DNA of 64,000 nt, taken from contig OY970342.1 in NCBI GenBank assembly GCA_963717505.1, positions 928,001-992,000 of the forward strand, written 5' to 3'. Of the stretch, positions 10,670 through 19,301 are shown piece after piece; position 1 is the first letter of the stretch; each line of letters opens with the position of its first letter. The notes beneath the pieces are model-generated. The model had not been told where the DNA came from and ran no database searches. It saw only the letters and a list, made by a program, of their open reading frames with translations. The stretch comes from Candidatus Eiseniibacteriota bacterium. GTDB lineage: Bacteria > Eisenbacteria > RBG-16-71-46. Made by a program: the position numbers and the translations under genes.

Positions 10670-12361
10670 ATGGAACGTGAAGTTCTCGAGTTCGACGTCC
10701 AGTTCATCGGCGCGGGTCCGGCCGGCCTCGCCGGCGCCATCCATCTTGCGGACCTGATCGCCCGCCACGAGCAGGCGGTGGCGGCCGGCGCTCCCGGACG
10801 CACGCTCGGCGAAGTGACGATCGCCGTGCTCGAGAAGTCTGCGACGGTCGGCGCCCATGGCATCTCGGGTGCGGTCATGGACCCCCGCGCGATGCGCGAG
10901 CTGATTCCCGACTATCGCGAGCGCGGATGCCCGATCGAAAGCGACGCCGGACGCGACGACGTCTACTTCCTGTGGCCCACCGGCCAGTTCCGCTTGCCGA
11001 TCGTGCCGCCCCCGCTCGCGAACCACGGCAACCACGTCCTGTCGCTCGGCAACCTGGTCGCGTGGATGGCGGGAATCGCCGAAGAGAAGGGCGTTCTGGT
11101 GGCGACCGAGATGCCGGCGGCGCAACCGTTGGTCGAAGCCGGACGCGTGCTCGGGGTGCGGACCGGCGACAAGGGCGTCAACAAGCGCCGCGAGCCCAAG
11201 CCGAATTTCCAGCCGGGCGCCGACTGTCACGCCAAGCTCACGGTGTTGTGCGAGGGGCCGCGCGGCACGCTGGGCAAGGTGCTCGAACAGCAGCTCGGCC
11301 TGACCGTGGGACGCAATCCTCAGGTCTACTCGACCGGCGTCAAAGAGCTGTGGGAGATGCCGGCGGGACGGGTCGAGAAGGGGAGAGTGATCCACACCAT
11401 GGGCTTCCCCCTTTCCAACGACACTTTCGGCGGCGGCTTCATCTACGGGATGAACGACACGCACTGGTCGGTGGGTTTCGTCACCGGGCTCGACGCGCGC
11501 GATCCGAGAAACGATCCGCACGGCAACCTGCAGCGGTTCAAGACCCATCCATTGGTCGAATCGCTGCTCAGGGGCGGCAAGGCGGTGGCCTATGGCGCGA
11601 AAGCGATCCCCGAGGGTGGCTATTGGTCGATGCCACGTCTGTGGGCCGACGGCGTGCTGCTCGCCGGTGACACCGGCGGATTCCTGAACGGCGCCCGACT
11701 CAAAGGCATCCACCTCGCGATCAAGTCGGGGATGATGGCCGCCGAGACCGCGTTCGAATGTTTGCTGGCCGGTGACTTCTCGAAGGAGCGTCTGTCGGGC
11801 TACGAGAGGCGTTTCGAAGGCTCGTGGGCCGGCGCCGAGCTGCGCTCGGTCCGGAACTTCCACCAGGGTTTCGACCTCGGCCTGTTCGCCGGGATGTTCA
11901 ACACCGGTGTTGCCCTGCTGACCGGCGGGCGCGACTGGCGGTTGCGCGATCGCGCACCGGGACACCCCGGCCACGAGCGCATGCGCCGGCGCGGGCAATA
12001 CGCCGACGGCGCGCCGCCCACGGTCAAGCCCGACGGGGTCCTTACCTTCGACAAGCTGGCCGACGTCTACCTTTCCGGGACCCAACACGACGAAGACCAG
12101 CCGGTGCATCTCGTGGTCGCCGACACCAGCGTGTGCGCCACGCGCTGCCGCGAGGAGTACGGCAATCCCTGCCAGCATTTCTGTCCCGCGGCAGTCTACG
12201 AGATGGTTCCCGACGAATCCCGGGGTGCCGGGGCGCTGCGCCTGCACATCAACGCTTCGAATTGCGTCCACTGCAAGACCTGCGACATCGCCGATCCCTA
12301 CCAGATCATCACCTGGGTCACGCCGGAAGGTGGCGGCGGCCCGCAGTACCGGAACCTATGA
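10670..12361 (+). CDS. Electron transfer flavoprotein-ubiquinone oxidoreductase
   Basis: GAGPAGL, KGIHLAIKSG, FCPAAVYE, NCVHCKTCDIADP, WVTPEGGGGP. Confidence 0.93.
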   Translation: MEREVLEFDVQFIGAGPAGLAGAIHLADLIARHEQAVAAGAPGRTLGEVTIAVLEKSATVGAHGISGAVMDPRAMRELIPDYRERGCPIESDAGRDDVYFLWPTGQFRLPIVPPPLANHGNHVLSLGNLVAWMAGIAEEKGVLVATEMPAAQPLVEAGRVLGVRTGDKGVNKRREPKPNFQPGADCHAKLTVLCEGPRGTLGKVLEQQLGLTVGRNPQVYSTGVKELWEMPAGRVEKGRVIHTMGFPLSNDTFGGGFIYGMNDTHWSVGFVTGLDARDPRNDPHGNLQRFKTHPLVESLLRGGKAVAYGAKAIPEGGYWSMPRLWADGVLLAGDTGGFLNGARLKGIHLAIKSGMMAAETAFECLLAGDFSKERLSGYERRFEGSWAGAELRSVRNFHQGFDLGLFAGMFNTGVALLTGGRDWRLRDRAPGHPGHERMRRRGQYADGAPPTVKPDGVLTFDKLADVYLSGTQHDEDQPVHLVVADTSVCATRCREEYGNPCQHFCPAAVYEMVPDESRGAGALRLHINASNCVHCKTCDIADPYQIITWVTPEGGGGPQYRNL

Positions 12362-13296
12362 TCCGCTCGTTGCTCATCGTTCTCGCCGCACTGCTGCTCG
12401 CCGGCTGTTCGATCAAGAAGATGGCGACCAAGAGCATGGCCGACGCGCTGACCAGCGGACAGGACGTGTTCGGCACCGACAACGATCCCGAGCTGGTGCG
12501 TGACGCGTTGCCGTTCGGACTCAAGACGCTCGAGTCGCTGCTGGCCGAGCTGCCGAACCATCGAGGCCTGTTGTTGTCTGCGTGTCGCGGATTCACGCAA
12601 TACGGCTTCGCGTTCGTCCAGGGCGAGGCGGCCTACGTCGAGGCGCGCGACTACGACCGCGCTCAGGAGATGCGGGCGCGCGCGCTCCAGCTCTACCTGC
12701 GCGCCCGCGGTTATGGACTCCGTGGACTCGAGCTGTCGAATCGCGGGATCAGCGCGGCGCTGCCGGTGAACCCGGATTCCGCGGCGCGCGCGATCAAGCA
12801 GGAGAACCTGGATCTGCTCTACTGGACCGCGGCGTCCTGGGGTGCCGCGATCGGCGTCGGCATGGACCGGCCCGAGCTGACCGCCGACGTCAGCGTGGTC
12901 CGGTCGTTGATGCAGCGCGGCCTCGAGCTTGACGAGACCTACGATGGCGGGGCGTTTCACGAGGCGATGCTGATCCTCGAGTCGGCGCCGGCGGTGATGG
13001 GCGGGTCGATCGCGCGGGCGCGCGAACATTTTGCCCGGGCGGTACAACTTTCAGGTGGACGGAAGGCGAGTCCCTACGTCACGCTGGCCGAGGCGATTTC
13101 GGTCCAGACTCAGGACCGCGCCGAGTTCTCCGCCATGCTGGAGAAAGCGCTGGCGGTCGATCCCGAAGCCGACCCGCCCAATCGGCTGGCCAATATCGTG
13201 GTACAAAAGAAGGCGCGCTGGCTGCTGAGCCGCGCCGACGAGTTGTTCCTGGACTCCCCGGTCGATGCTCCCATCGAGGAAGGTTCGAAACGATGA
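12358..13296 (+). CDS. TRAP transporter TatT-family TPR-like lipoprotein
   Basis: Lipobox LLAGC; DNDPELVRDALPFGLKTLESLL; GGSIARAREHF; directly upstream of a DctP gene; ATGA overlap with ETF-QO. Confidence 0.85.
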   Translation: MIRSLLIVLAALLLAGCSIKKMATKSMADALTSGQDVFGTDNDPELVRDALPFGLKTLESLLAELPNHRGLLLSACRGFTQYGFAFVQGEAAYVEARDYDRAQEMRARALQLYLRARGYGLRGLELSNRGISAALPVNPDSAARAIKQENLDLLYWTAASWGAAIGVGMDRPELTADVSVVRSLMQRGLELDETYDGGAFHEAMLILESAPAVMGGSIARAREHFARAVQLSGGRKASPYVTLAEAISVQTQDRAEFSAMLEKALAVDPEADPPNRLANIVVQKKARWLLSRADELFLDSPVDAPIEEGSKR

Positions 13297-14321
13297 AACG
13301 ATGGAACGCGATACACACGATGACCGCACTGTTGGCGCTGCCGCTCGCCGGGGTACCGGCGCCCGCCGCCGCCCAGGAGCAAGTCGTCAAGCTCGCGACG
13401 CTGGTGCCCGAAGGATCGGTGTGGCACAAGGCGCTGCGTGACCTCGGCGACGGCTGGAACCGCGGCACCACCGCCCGCGTCGCGTTGCGCATCTATCCCG
13501 GAGGCGTTGCGGGCGACGAGCCCGACATGGTGCGCAAGATGCGGATCGGGCAGATCCAGGCGGCGGCGCTGACCATCACCGGCCTGGCCGAGATCGATCC
13601 GGCGTTCGACGTATTCGGCATCCCGATGATGTTCGACTCGTATCCCGAGCTGTTCTACGTGCTGGACAAGATGGAGCCGGTGCTGCGACAGCGTCTCGAC
13701 GAGAAGGGCTTCGTGCTGCTCAACTGGGGGCACGGCGGCTGGGTCTACTTCTTCAGCAAGCAGCCGATCCAGTCACTCGCCGACCTCAAGAAGGTCAAGA
13801 TGTTCGTCTGGGCTGGGGACGATCGCAGCGTCCAGATATGGAAGGCCGTCGGCTTCCAGCCGGTGGCGCTGGCCGCAACCGACATCCTTCCCGGTCTCAA
13901 CACCGGCATGATCGACGCCCTGCCCACCACGCCGCTCGCGGCGGCGGCACTCCAGTGGTTTCGGCAGACCCCGTACATGGCCGACGTCGGGCTCGGCCCG
14001 CTGGTCGGCGGCCTGATCATGACCAAGGCCGCCTGGAAGAAGATCTCCGAAGCCGACCGCGCAGCGATCCAGAAGGTGTGCAAGTCGACCGAGGCGCGCC
14101 TGATGCGTGAAGTGCCCGCACAGGATTCGACCTCGGTGCGCGAGATGCAGGCGCGCTCGCTCAAGGTCACCAAGATCCCGGCCGCGGACCAGCCGGCATG
14201 GCGCAAGCTCGCCGACGACTACGGCGCTCGCATGGAGGGCACGGTTCCCGCCGAAATCATGGCCCTCGCGCTGCGCGAACGCGACGCATTCCGCAAGCAG
14301 GCTGCGGCGGGCGGACACTGA
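13293..14321 (+). CDS. dctP: TRAP transporter substrate-binding protein (DctP/TatP)
   Basis: KLATLVPEGSVW, YPGGVAGDEPDMVRKMRIGQ; signal peptide. Confidence 0.9.
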   Translation: MKRWNAIHTMTALLALPLAGVPAPAAAQEQVVKLATLVPEGSVWHKALRDLGDGWNRGTTARVALRIYPGGVAGDEPDMVRKMRIGQIQAAALTITGLAEIDPAFDVFGIPMMFDSYPELFYVLDKMEPVLRQRLDEKGFVLLNWGHGGWVYFFSKQPIQSLADLKKVKMFVWAGDDRSVQIWKAVGFQPVALAATDILPGLNTGMIDALPTTPLAAAALQWFRQTPYMADVGLGPLVGGLIMTKAAWKKISEADRAAIQKVCKSTEARLMREVPAQDSTSVREMQARSLKVTKIPAADQPAWRKLADDYGARMEGTVPAEIMALALRERDAFRKQAAAGGH

Positions 14322-14366
14322 CCGCGCCGCCCAGCCCGTGACCGTCCCGCCCGCGACACTCGAACG

Positions 14367-16160
14367 TTGAAACACCTCGGCCGCCTCGAAGCCTGGATCG
14401 CGAGTCTTGCGCTCGCGGCCATGGTCCTCCTGCCGCTCGCGGAGATCGTCGCGCGACAGGTGTTCGACATCGGGATTCCGGGATCGGGCCCGTTCGTCCA
14501 ACATTTGACGCTGTGGGTCGGCTTCCTGGGCGCCGCGATCGCCGCGCGCGAGGGTCGTCTGCTCACGCTCGCGACCACCGAGTACCTGCCCGAGGGCTTC
14601 TGGCGACGCGCGGCGCACACCGTGTCGTCGATGGTCGCGGCGGCGATCACCGCGCTGCTCGCGCGCGCCTCGCTCCAGCTGGTCCTGGTCGAGCGCGACT
14701 CGGGAACCATGGTCGCCATGGTTCCGGCCTGGATCGCGCAGCTCGTGTTGCCGCTGTCGTTCGCGCTGATCGCGCTGCGGCTGGTGTGGCGGGCCGGCAA
14801 CACCTGGGCGCCGCGCGTGCTGGCGGCACTCGGACTGATCGGGGGCGTCGCACTCGGGCAGTACCCGCAGGTGATGGAGTCGATTCCGTCCTGGCCCGGG
14901 CTGGTCGTCGTGTTGGTCGGCTCGGCGCTCGGCGGACCGATCTTCACCATGCTCGGCGGCGTCGCGGTGCTGCTGTTCATGAAGGACGGCGTGCCGATCG
15001 CGGCCATGCCGGTCGAGACCTACCGGCTCGCAGTGTCGCCCACGCTCGCGGCGATCCCGCTGTTCACACTCACCGGCTATCTGTTGTCGGAGAGCCGAGC
15101 GTCCGAGCGGCTGGTCGCGGTGTTCCGCGCGTTTTTCGGCTGGTTCCCGGGCGGCACCGCGGTGGTGGTCGCCGTGGTGTGCGCGTTCTTCACCGCGTTC
15201 ACCGGCGGCTCGGGCGTCACCATCCTGGCGCTCGGCGCACTGCTCTACCAGGCGCTCCAGCAGGACCGCTATCGCGACCGGTTCTCTCTCGGACTGTTGA
15301 CCGCGTGCGGCTCGCTCGGGCTGCTGTTCCCGCCGTCGCTGCCGCTGATCCTCTACGGCATCGTCGCCCAGATCCCGATCGAGGATCTATTCATCGCCGG
15401 CATCCTGCCCGGGTTTCTGTTGCTCGCGATGGTGGCGTTCTGGGGCGCCCGCGAAGGCATGGTCACCGGCGCCGGCCGGCAGACGTTCCGCTGGGACGAG
15501 GCGGTGCGCTCGCTGCGTGGCGCCGCGTTCGAGCTGATGATGCCGGTGGTCGTGTTGATCGCGATCTTCGGCGGCTTCGCGACCATCGTCGAAGCCTCGG
15601 CGCTCACTGCGCTCTATGCGTTCGTCGTCCAGGTGTTCGTCAAGCGCGATCTGTCGCTGACCCGCGACATCCCGCGGGTGTTCGCGCATTCGGTGCTGCT
15701 GATCGGCGGCGTCCTGGTGATCCTCGGCGTGGCGATGGGACTCAGCAGCTACATGGTCGACGCCCAGATCCCGGCGCGGCTGGTCGAGTGGACGCGGGAA
15801 CGGGTGCACTCGCCGCTGATGTTCCTGCTCGCGCTCAACGTGTTCCTGCTGATCGTCGGCTGCCTGATCGACATCTTCTCGGCGACCGTGGTGGTGGTGC
15901 CGTTGATCGTGCCGCTCGGGATGGTGTTCGGCATCCACCCGGTCCACCTCGGCATCATCTTCGTCGCCAATCTCGAGCTGGGCTACCTGACGCCGCCGGT
16001 CGGCCTCAACTTGTTCTTGTCGTCGTACCGCTTCCACAAGCCGGTGCTCGAGGTCGCGCGCGCTTCGATGCCGATGCTGCTCATCCTCGGGATCGGCGTG
16101 CTGGTGATCACCTACCTGCCGTGGCTGACCACCGGGCTGCTATCGCTGCTCGGGCGCTAA
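14367..16160 (+). CDS. TRAP transporter fused small/large permease (DctQM)
   Basis: N-terminal DctQ-like 4-TM region (LWVGFLGAAIA), then DctM motifs AIPLF, GLLFPPS, TPPVGLNLF. Confidence 0.9.
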   Translation: MKHLGRLEAWIASLALAAMVLLPLAEIVARQVFDIGIPGSGPFVQHLTLWVGFLGAAIAAREGRLLTLATTEYLPEGFWRRAAHTVSSMVAAAITALLARASLQLVLVERDSGTMVAMVPAWIAQLVLPLSFALIALRLVWRAGNTWAPRVLAALGLIGGVALGQYPQVMESIPSWPGLVVVLVGSALGGPIFTMLGGVAVLLFMKDGVPIAAMPVETYRLAVSPTLAAIPLFTLTGYLLSESRASERLVAVFRAFFGWFPGGTAVVVAVVCAFFTAFTGGSGVTILALGALLYQALQQDRYRDRFSLGLLTACGSLGLLFPPSLPLILYGIVAQIPIEDLFIAGILPGFLLLAMVAFWGAREGMVTGAGRQTFRWDEAVRSLRGAAFELMMPVVVLIAIFGGFATIVEASALTALYAFVVQVFVKRDLSLTRDIPRVFAHSVLLIGGVLVILGVAMGLSSYMVDAQIPARLVEWTRERVHSPLMFLLALNVFLLIVGCLIDIFSATVVVVPLIVPLGMVFGIHPVHLGIIFVANLELGYLTPPVGLNLFLSSYRFHKPVLEVARASMPMLLILGIGVLVITYLPWLTTGLLSLLGR

Positions 16161-16164
16161 CAGC

Positions 16165-17775
16165 CTAGAAGGTCCAGCTCAGTCCCGCGTATTCCTGGTG
16201 CGTGGTCACCGCACCACCGTGCGTGCGTTCGTAGCTGAGCGACAGATACCAGAGGGCGCCCATCGCGAGGTCAACGTCGGCGCTCTCCCACACGGCGTGC
16301 TCCTCGAGTCCCGTGACCTGCTCGCGGGTATTGCGGGCGCCACCGGCGAATTCCAGGTGCATTCCGGTCATCGGGTCGGCGCCCAATCCGACCGACACCA
16401 GGTTCGACGACGTGATCGAGCCGTCCGCCATTCCGCCGCGCAGCCGAAGCGTGGCCATGAGTGACGTCACCCGCATCAGCTCGATCGTACCGGTCGCCGA
16501 CTGGGTTCGATCGTCCGCGTCCGTGCCATGTGCGCGACCCTCGGCAGAGAGGCGCAGGTGCCGGTTGGCGCGCACCGAGACTCCGAGCCAGCCGCCCCGG
16601 CGGTACCGATCGTCAAACGCGTCCTCGGGCGTGTAGCGATCCCACCAGAGCCTGACGTTGCGACGCGCGTCGTAGCCGGCAGACAGCTCGACCGGCTTGG
16701 AGATCGTGATTCGTCCCAGTACGAACGTGCTGGTGAGCGAGACGGCCGGCTCTCCGGCCGCGCGCTTCCAGCCGCGAGCCACGTCCACTTCCTGCGATCC
16801 GGAAAGGAACCAGCGCTCGTCGGACAGGAAGCCGTGGACGAAGGCGAAATCACGATTCGGATTGCCCCCGTGGTACGAAGACACGGCACCGGTGCTCACC
16901 GCCCAACGTCGTCGCCCCGCCGGAGCCGGACCGGATCGCCACTCCACGCCCGCGCCGTGCTGCATGATCTCGCTCGATATCTTGAGCGTCACCGGATCGG
17001 GCTGTAGTCCCCCGAACAGACGGACCGACATGCGCGACAACCGGAATTCTCCGAGCGCCCCGTCGAACAGATTGACCGCCGAGAAGCCGTCAGTGCGCTG
17101 CCGGCCGAGCGTCAGGTTCCAGCGGGAGCGCGGGTCGTGCAGGGTCCCCGACAGGCGATAGACGCGTGCCAGACTCCGTTCTCCATCCGCGGGATTCCCT
17201 CCTACGAAGGTCCTGCGACTGCGCACATCGGCGCTGAAGTCCAGTCGTCGGGCGGGATCAATGCGATCGACGCGCAAGTCGAGCGCCGGCTGTGCGTAAC
17301 CCATCCCGGTGCCTCCCTGAACCGCGAGCATCCGCAACCCGGCACGCCCGCGCAGTCCCTGAATCACCCGCCCCGAGGGAACCACCGGCGTCGCGCGGCC
17401 CTGCGCGGGCATCGCGCTCGTCGGCGGCACCTCGGGGCTGATGGGCCCCGCGGCCACGGGCGGCGGCGCTTCATGCGGTGTGAAACGGACGACGTCACCG
17501 ACGATCGGGAAGACCCGGACGTTGAACGTGTCGCAGGATGCCCGTTGCGAAGACAGGAACGACACCCTCAGGTTCGCAATCACGGCCCCACCACGGACGA
17601 CCTCCAGCGAATCCCCGGCCAGGAGGCCGTCGACCCGGCCGGCATTGACGTACACCGAGCCCCCCGCGAGGTAGGACACCTGGGTCGAGCGGGTCGCGGC
17701 CGATGCCGCCGCGGCCCCGAGCGCGATCAGGATGCCGGCCACCGCCGCAATCGAGAGGGTGCACTGCCGGGGCAT
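16165..17775 (-). CDS. Putative outer-membrane beta-barrel (cytochrome-associated porin) with a small N-terminal periplasmic domain
   Basis: Start MPRQCTLSIAAV overlaps the upstream stop (TGATG); signal peptide; SVYVNAGRVDGLLAGDSLEV domain; Pro-rich linker; amphipathic strands; C-terminal beta-signal YAGLSWTF. Confidence 0.75.
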   Translation of the reverse strand: MPRQCTLSIAAVAGILIALGAAAASAATRSTQVSYLAGGSVYVNAGRVDGLLAGDSLEVVRGGAVIANLRVSFLSSQRASCDTFNVRVFPIVGDVVRFTPHEAPPPVAAGPISPEVPPTSAMPAQGRATPVVPSGRVIQGLRGRAGLRMLAVQGGTGMGYAQPALDLRVDRIDPARRLDFSADVRSRRTFVGGNPADGERSLARVYRLSGTLHDPRSRWNLTLGRQRTDGFSAVNLFDGALGEFRLSRMSVRLFGGLQPDPVTLKISSEIMQHGAGVEWRSGPAPAGRRRWAVSTGAVSSYHGGNPNRDFAFVHGFLSDERWFLSGSQEVDVARGWKRAAGEPAVSLTSTFVLGRITISKPVELSAGYDARRNVRLWWDRYTPEDAFDDRYRRGGWLGVSVRANRHLRLSAEGRAHGTDADDRTQSATGTIELMRVTSLMATLRLRGGMADGSITSSNLVSVGLGADPMTGMHLEFAGGARNTREQVTGLEEHAVWESADVDLAMGALWYLSLSYERTHGGAVTTHQEYAGLSWTF

Positions 17776-19301
17776 CAGCTCCGACCCCGCGGATGGCACG
17801 AGAAGCACGCATTGCTTTCGTATTGGTATCCCGACTCGCCGTTGTGATCGCCATCGGTTTTGGCGCGATCGCTGTGCGGATGACAGGTCAAACAGGTGAA
17901 CACCGAGAGGTTGGTCGGGTTGGTGTGACAGTCGGAGCAGGCGTCCCATTTTCCATTGTGCGCTCCGCTGTGGATCGGGAAGAAGTTCGTGTCGTGGTCG
18001 AACGTCGCGCCGGTCCAGGTCACGGTCGAGTGACAGGTGACGCAGTCGGTGTTGAATCCGGCCGCGGCATGCGCTGGGTTCGTCGTGCCGTCGTAGTCCG
18101 CCCGATGGCACGAGATGCACGCCGCGCTCTTCCCCTGGTAGACCCCGTCGCCGTGGCAGCTCGCGCACACCGCAGCCTGATGGGCCCCGGTCAGCGGGAA
18201 GCCGGTCATGGAATGGTCGAACACGGCTCCGCCCCAGGTGATCGTCGAGTGACAGGTCATGCAGTTCGTGCTGAACCCGGCGGATCGGTGGACCGGATCG
18301 GAGGTTCCATCGTAGTCCGCTTGGTGACAAGACACGCATGCGGTGCTCTTGCCGTCGTAGACGCCGTCGCCGTGGCAACTCATGCACGCTGCCGATTGGT
18401 GGGCGCCGGTCAGCGGGAACGCGGTCAACGAATGATCGAATGGACTTCCGCCCCAGGCGGTCGTGGTGTGGCAGGTGATGCAGTTGGTGCTGAACCCCGC
18501 CGAGCGGTGCTCCGGATCGGTGGTTCGGTCGTAGTCCTCCTGGTGACAGGACACGCACGCCGTGTTCTTTCCATTGTAGACACCATCTCCGTGACAGCTC
18601 ATGCACGCCACGGATCGATGGGCGCCACTCAGCGGGAACGCGGTCAAGGAGTGATCGAAGGTCGCGGTCTTCCACCCGATGGAGTTGTGGCAGGTCGCGC
18701 ACTCGGTCGGGAACCCGCCGCCCCGGTGATCCGGGGTGCGCGCCGCGTCGTAGTCCTTCATGTGACAGCTCTGGCAGTCGGCCTGCGTATTCAGGAACTG
18801 CATCTGACCCTGGGCTGCCGGCGGGTGGCAGGTCTCGCAATCCAGGGTCGCGTGGAAGCCGGTGAGCGGGAACGCCGTGAGCTGGTGCGCCTGGACCATG
18901 GGCGCGCGATCCACGAAGCTGCGGGAACCGTGGCAGCGCGCACAATCGGTGCCGAACTCGCCCAGGTGCGGATCCTCGTGGCAGGAGGCGCACCGGGGCT
19001 CGGTCCGGCGGAACTCGAGACTCGAATGGCACGAGCGGCAGTCGGCGGCGGCGTGAGCGCCCGCCAACTCGAATCCGAACTTCCCGTGGTCGAACTTGGG
19101 GCTGATCTTCGCCGGCTTCCAGGCGTTGGCCTCGTGACAGAGCGCACAATCCTCGCGGAAGTCGCCGTGGGGGTTGTTGTCCTTCGCCCGATCGGCGGCC
19201 AGCGCCGCCATCGCCAACGCCGCGAGCGGCGTCAACACAACCGCAGCAATCGCAAAGCGGCCCCACGTCCGGCGACGTTGATTGTCAGTGCGCGGAATCA
19301 T
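17775..19301 (-). CDS. Multiheme cytochrome c, 19 CxxCH motifs
   Basis: 19 CxxCH counted; signal peptide; recurrent FDH..T.FPL.GAH distal-His motif. Confidence 0.93.
   Translation of the reverse strand: MIPRTDNQRRRTWGRFAIAAVVLTPLAALAMAALAADRAKDNNPHGDFREDCALCHEANAWKPAKISPKFDHGKFGFELAGAHAAADCRSCHSSLEFRRTEPRCASCHEDPHLGEFGTDCARCHGSRSFVDRAPMVQAHQLTAFPLTGFHATLDCETCHPPAAQGQMQFLNTQADCQSCHMKDYDAARTPDHRGGGFPTECATCHNSIGWKTATFDHSLTAFPLSGAHRSVACMSCHGDGVYNGKNTACVSCHQEDYDRTTDPEHRSAGFSTNCITCHTTTAWGGSPFDHSLTAFPLTGAHQSAACMSCHGDGVYDGKSTACVSCHQADYDGTSDPVHRSAGFSTNCMTCHSTITWGGAVFDHSMTGFPLTGAHQAAVCASCHGDGVYQGKSAACISCHRADYDGTTNPAHAAAGFNTDCVTCHSTVTWTGATFDHDTNFFPIHSGAHNGKWDACSDCHTNPTNLSVFTCLTCHPHSDRAKTDGDHNGESGYQYESNACFSCHPRGRS
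18003..18659 (-). repeat. Three tandem 219-bp (73-aa) tri-heme repeat units
   Basis: The FDH codons recur with ends at about 18659, 18440, 18221 and 18002; unit FDHS.T.FPL.GAH..A.CxSCHGDGVY.GK..ACxSCH..DYD.T..P.H..AGF.T.CxTCH.T..W.G. Confidence 0.9.

Noticed and set aside
16165-19266. 1033-aa ORF suggesting a cytochrome-porin frameshift fusion
   Set aside because: The upstream half is an off-frame, Arg/Pro-rich read of the cytochrome gene. The porin has its own ATG (TGATG overlap) and signal peptide, and no slippery site is evident.
19255-19301. Twin-arginine (Tat) signal in the 19-heme cytochrome (RRRTWGRF)
   Set aside because: Poor match to RRxFLK, and c-type cytochromes are normally exported by Sec.
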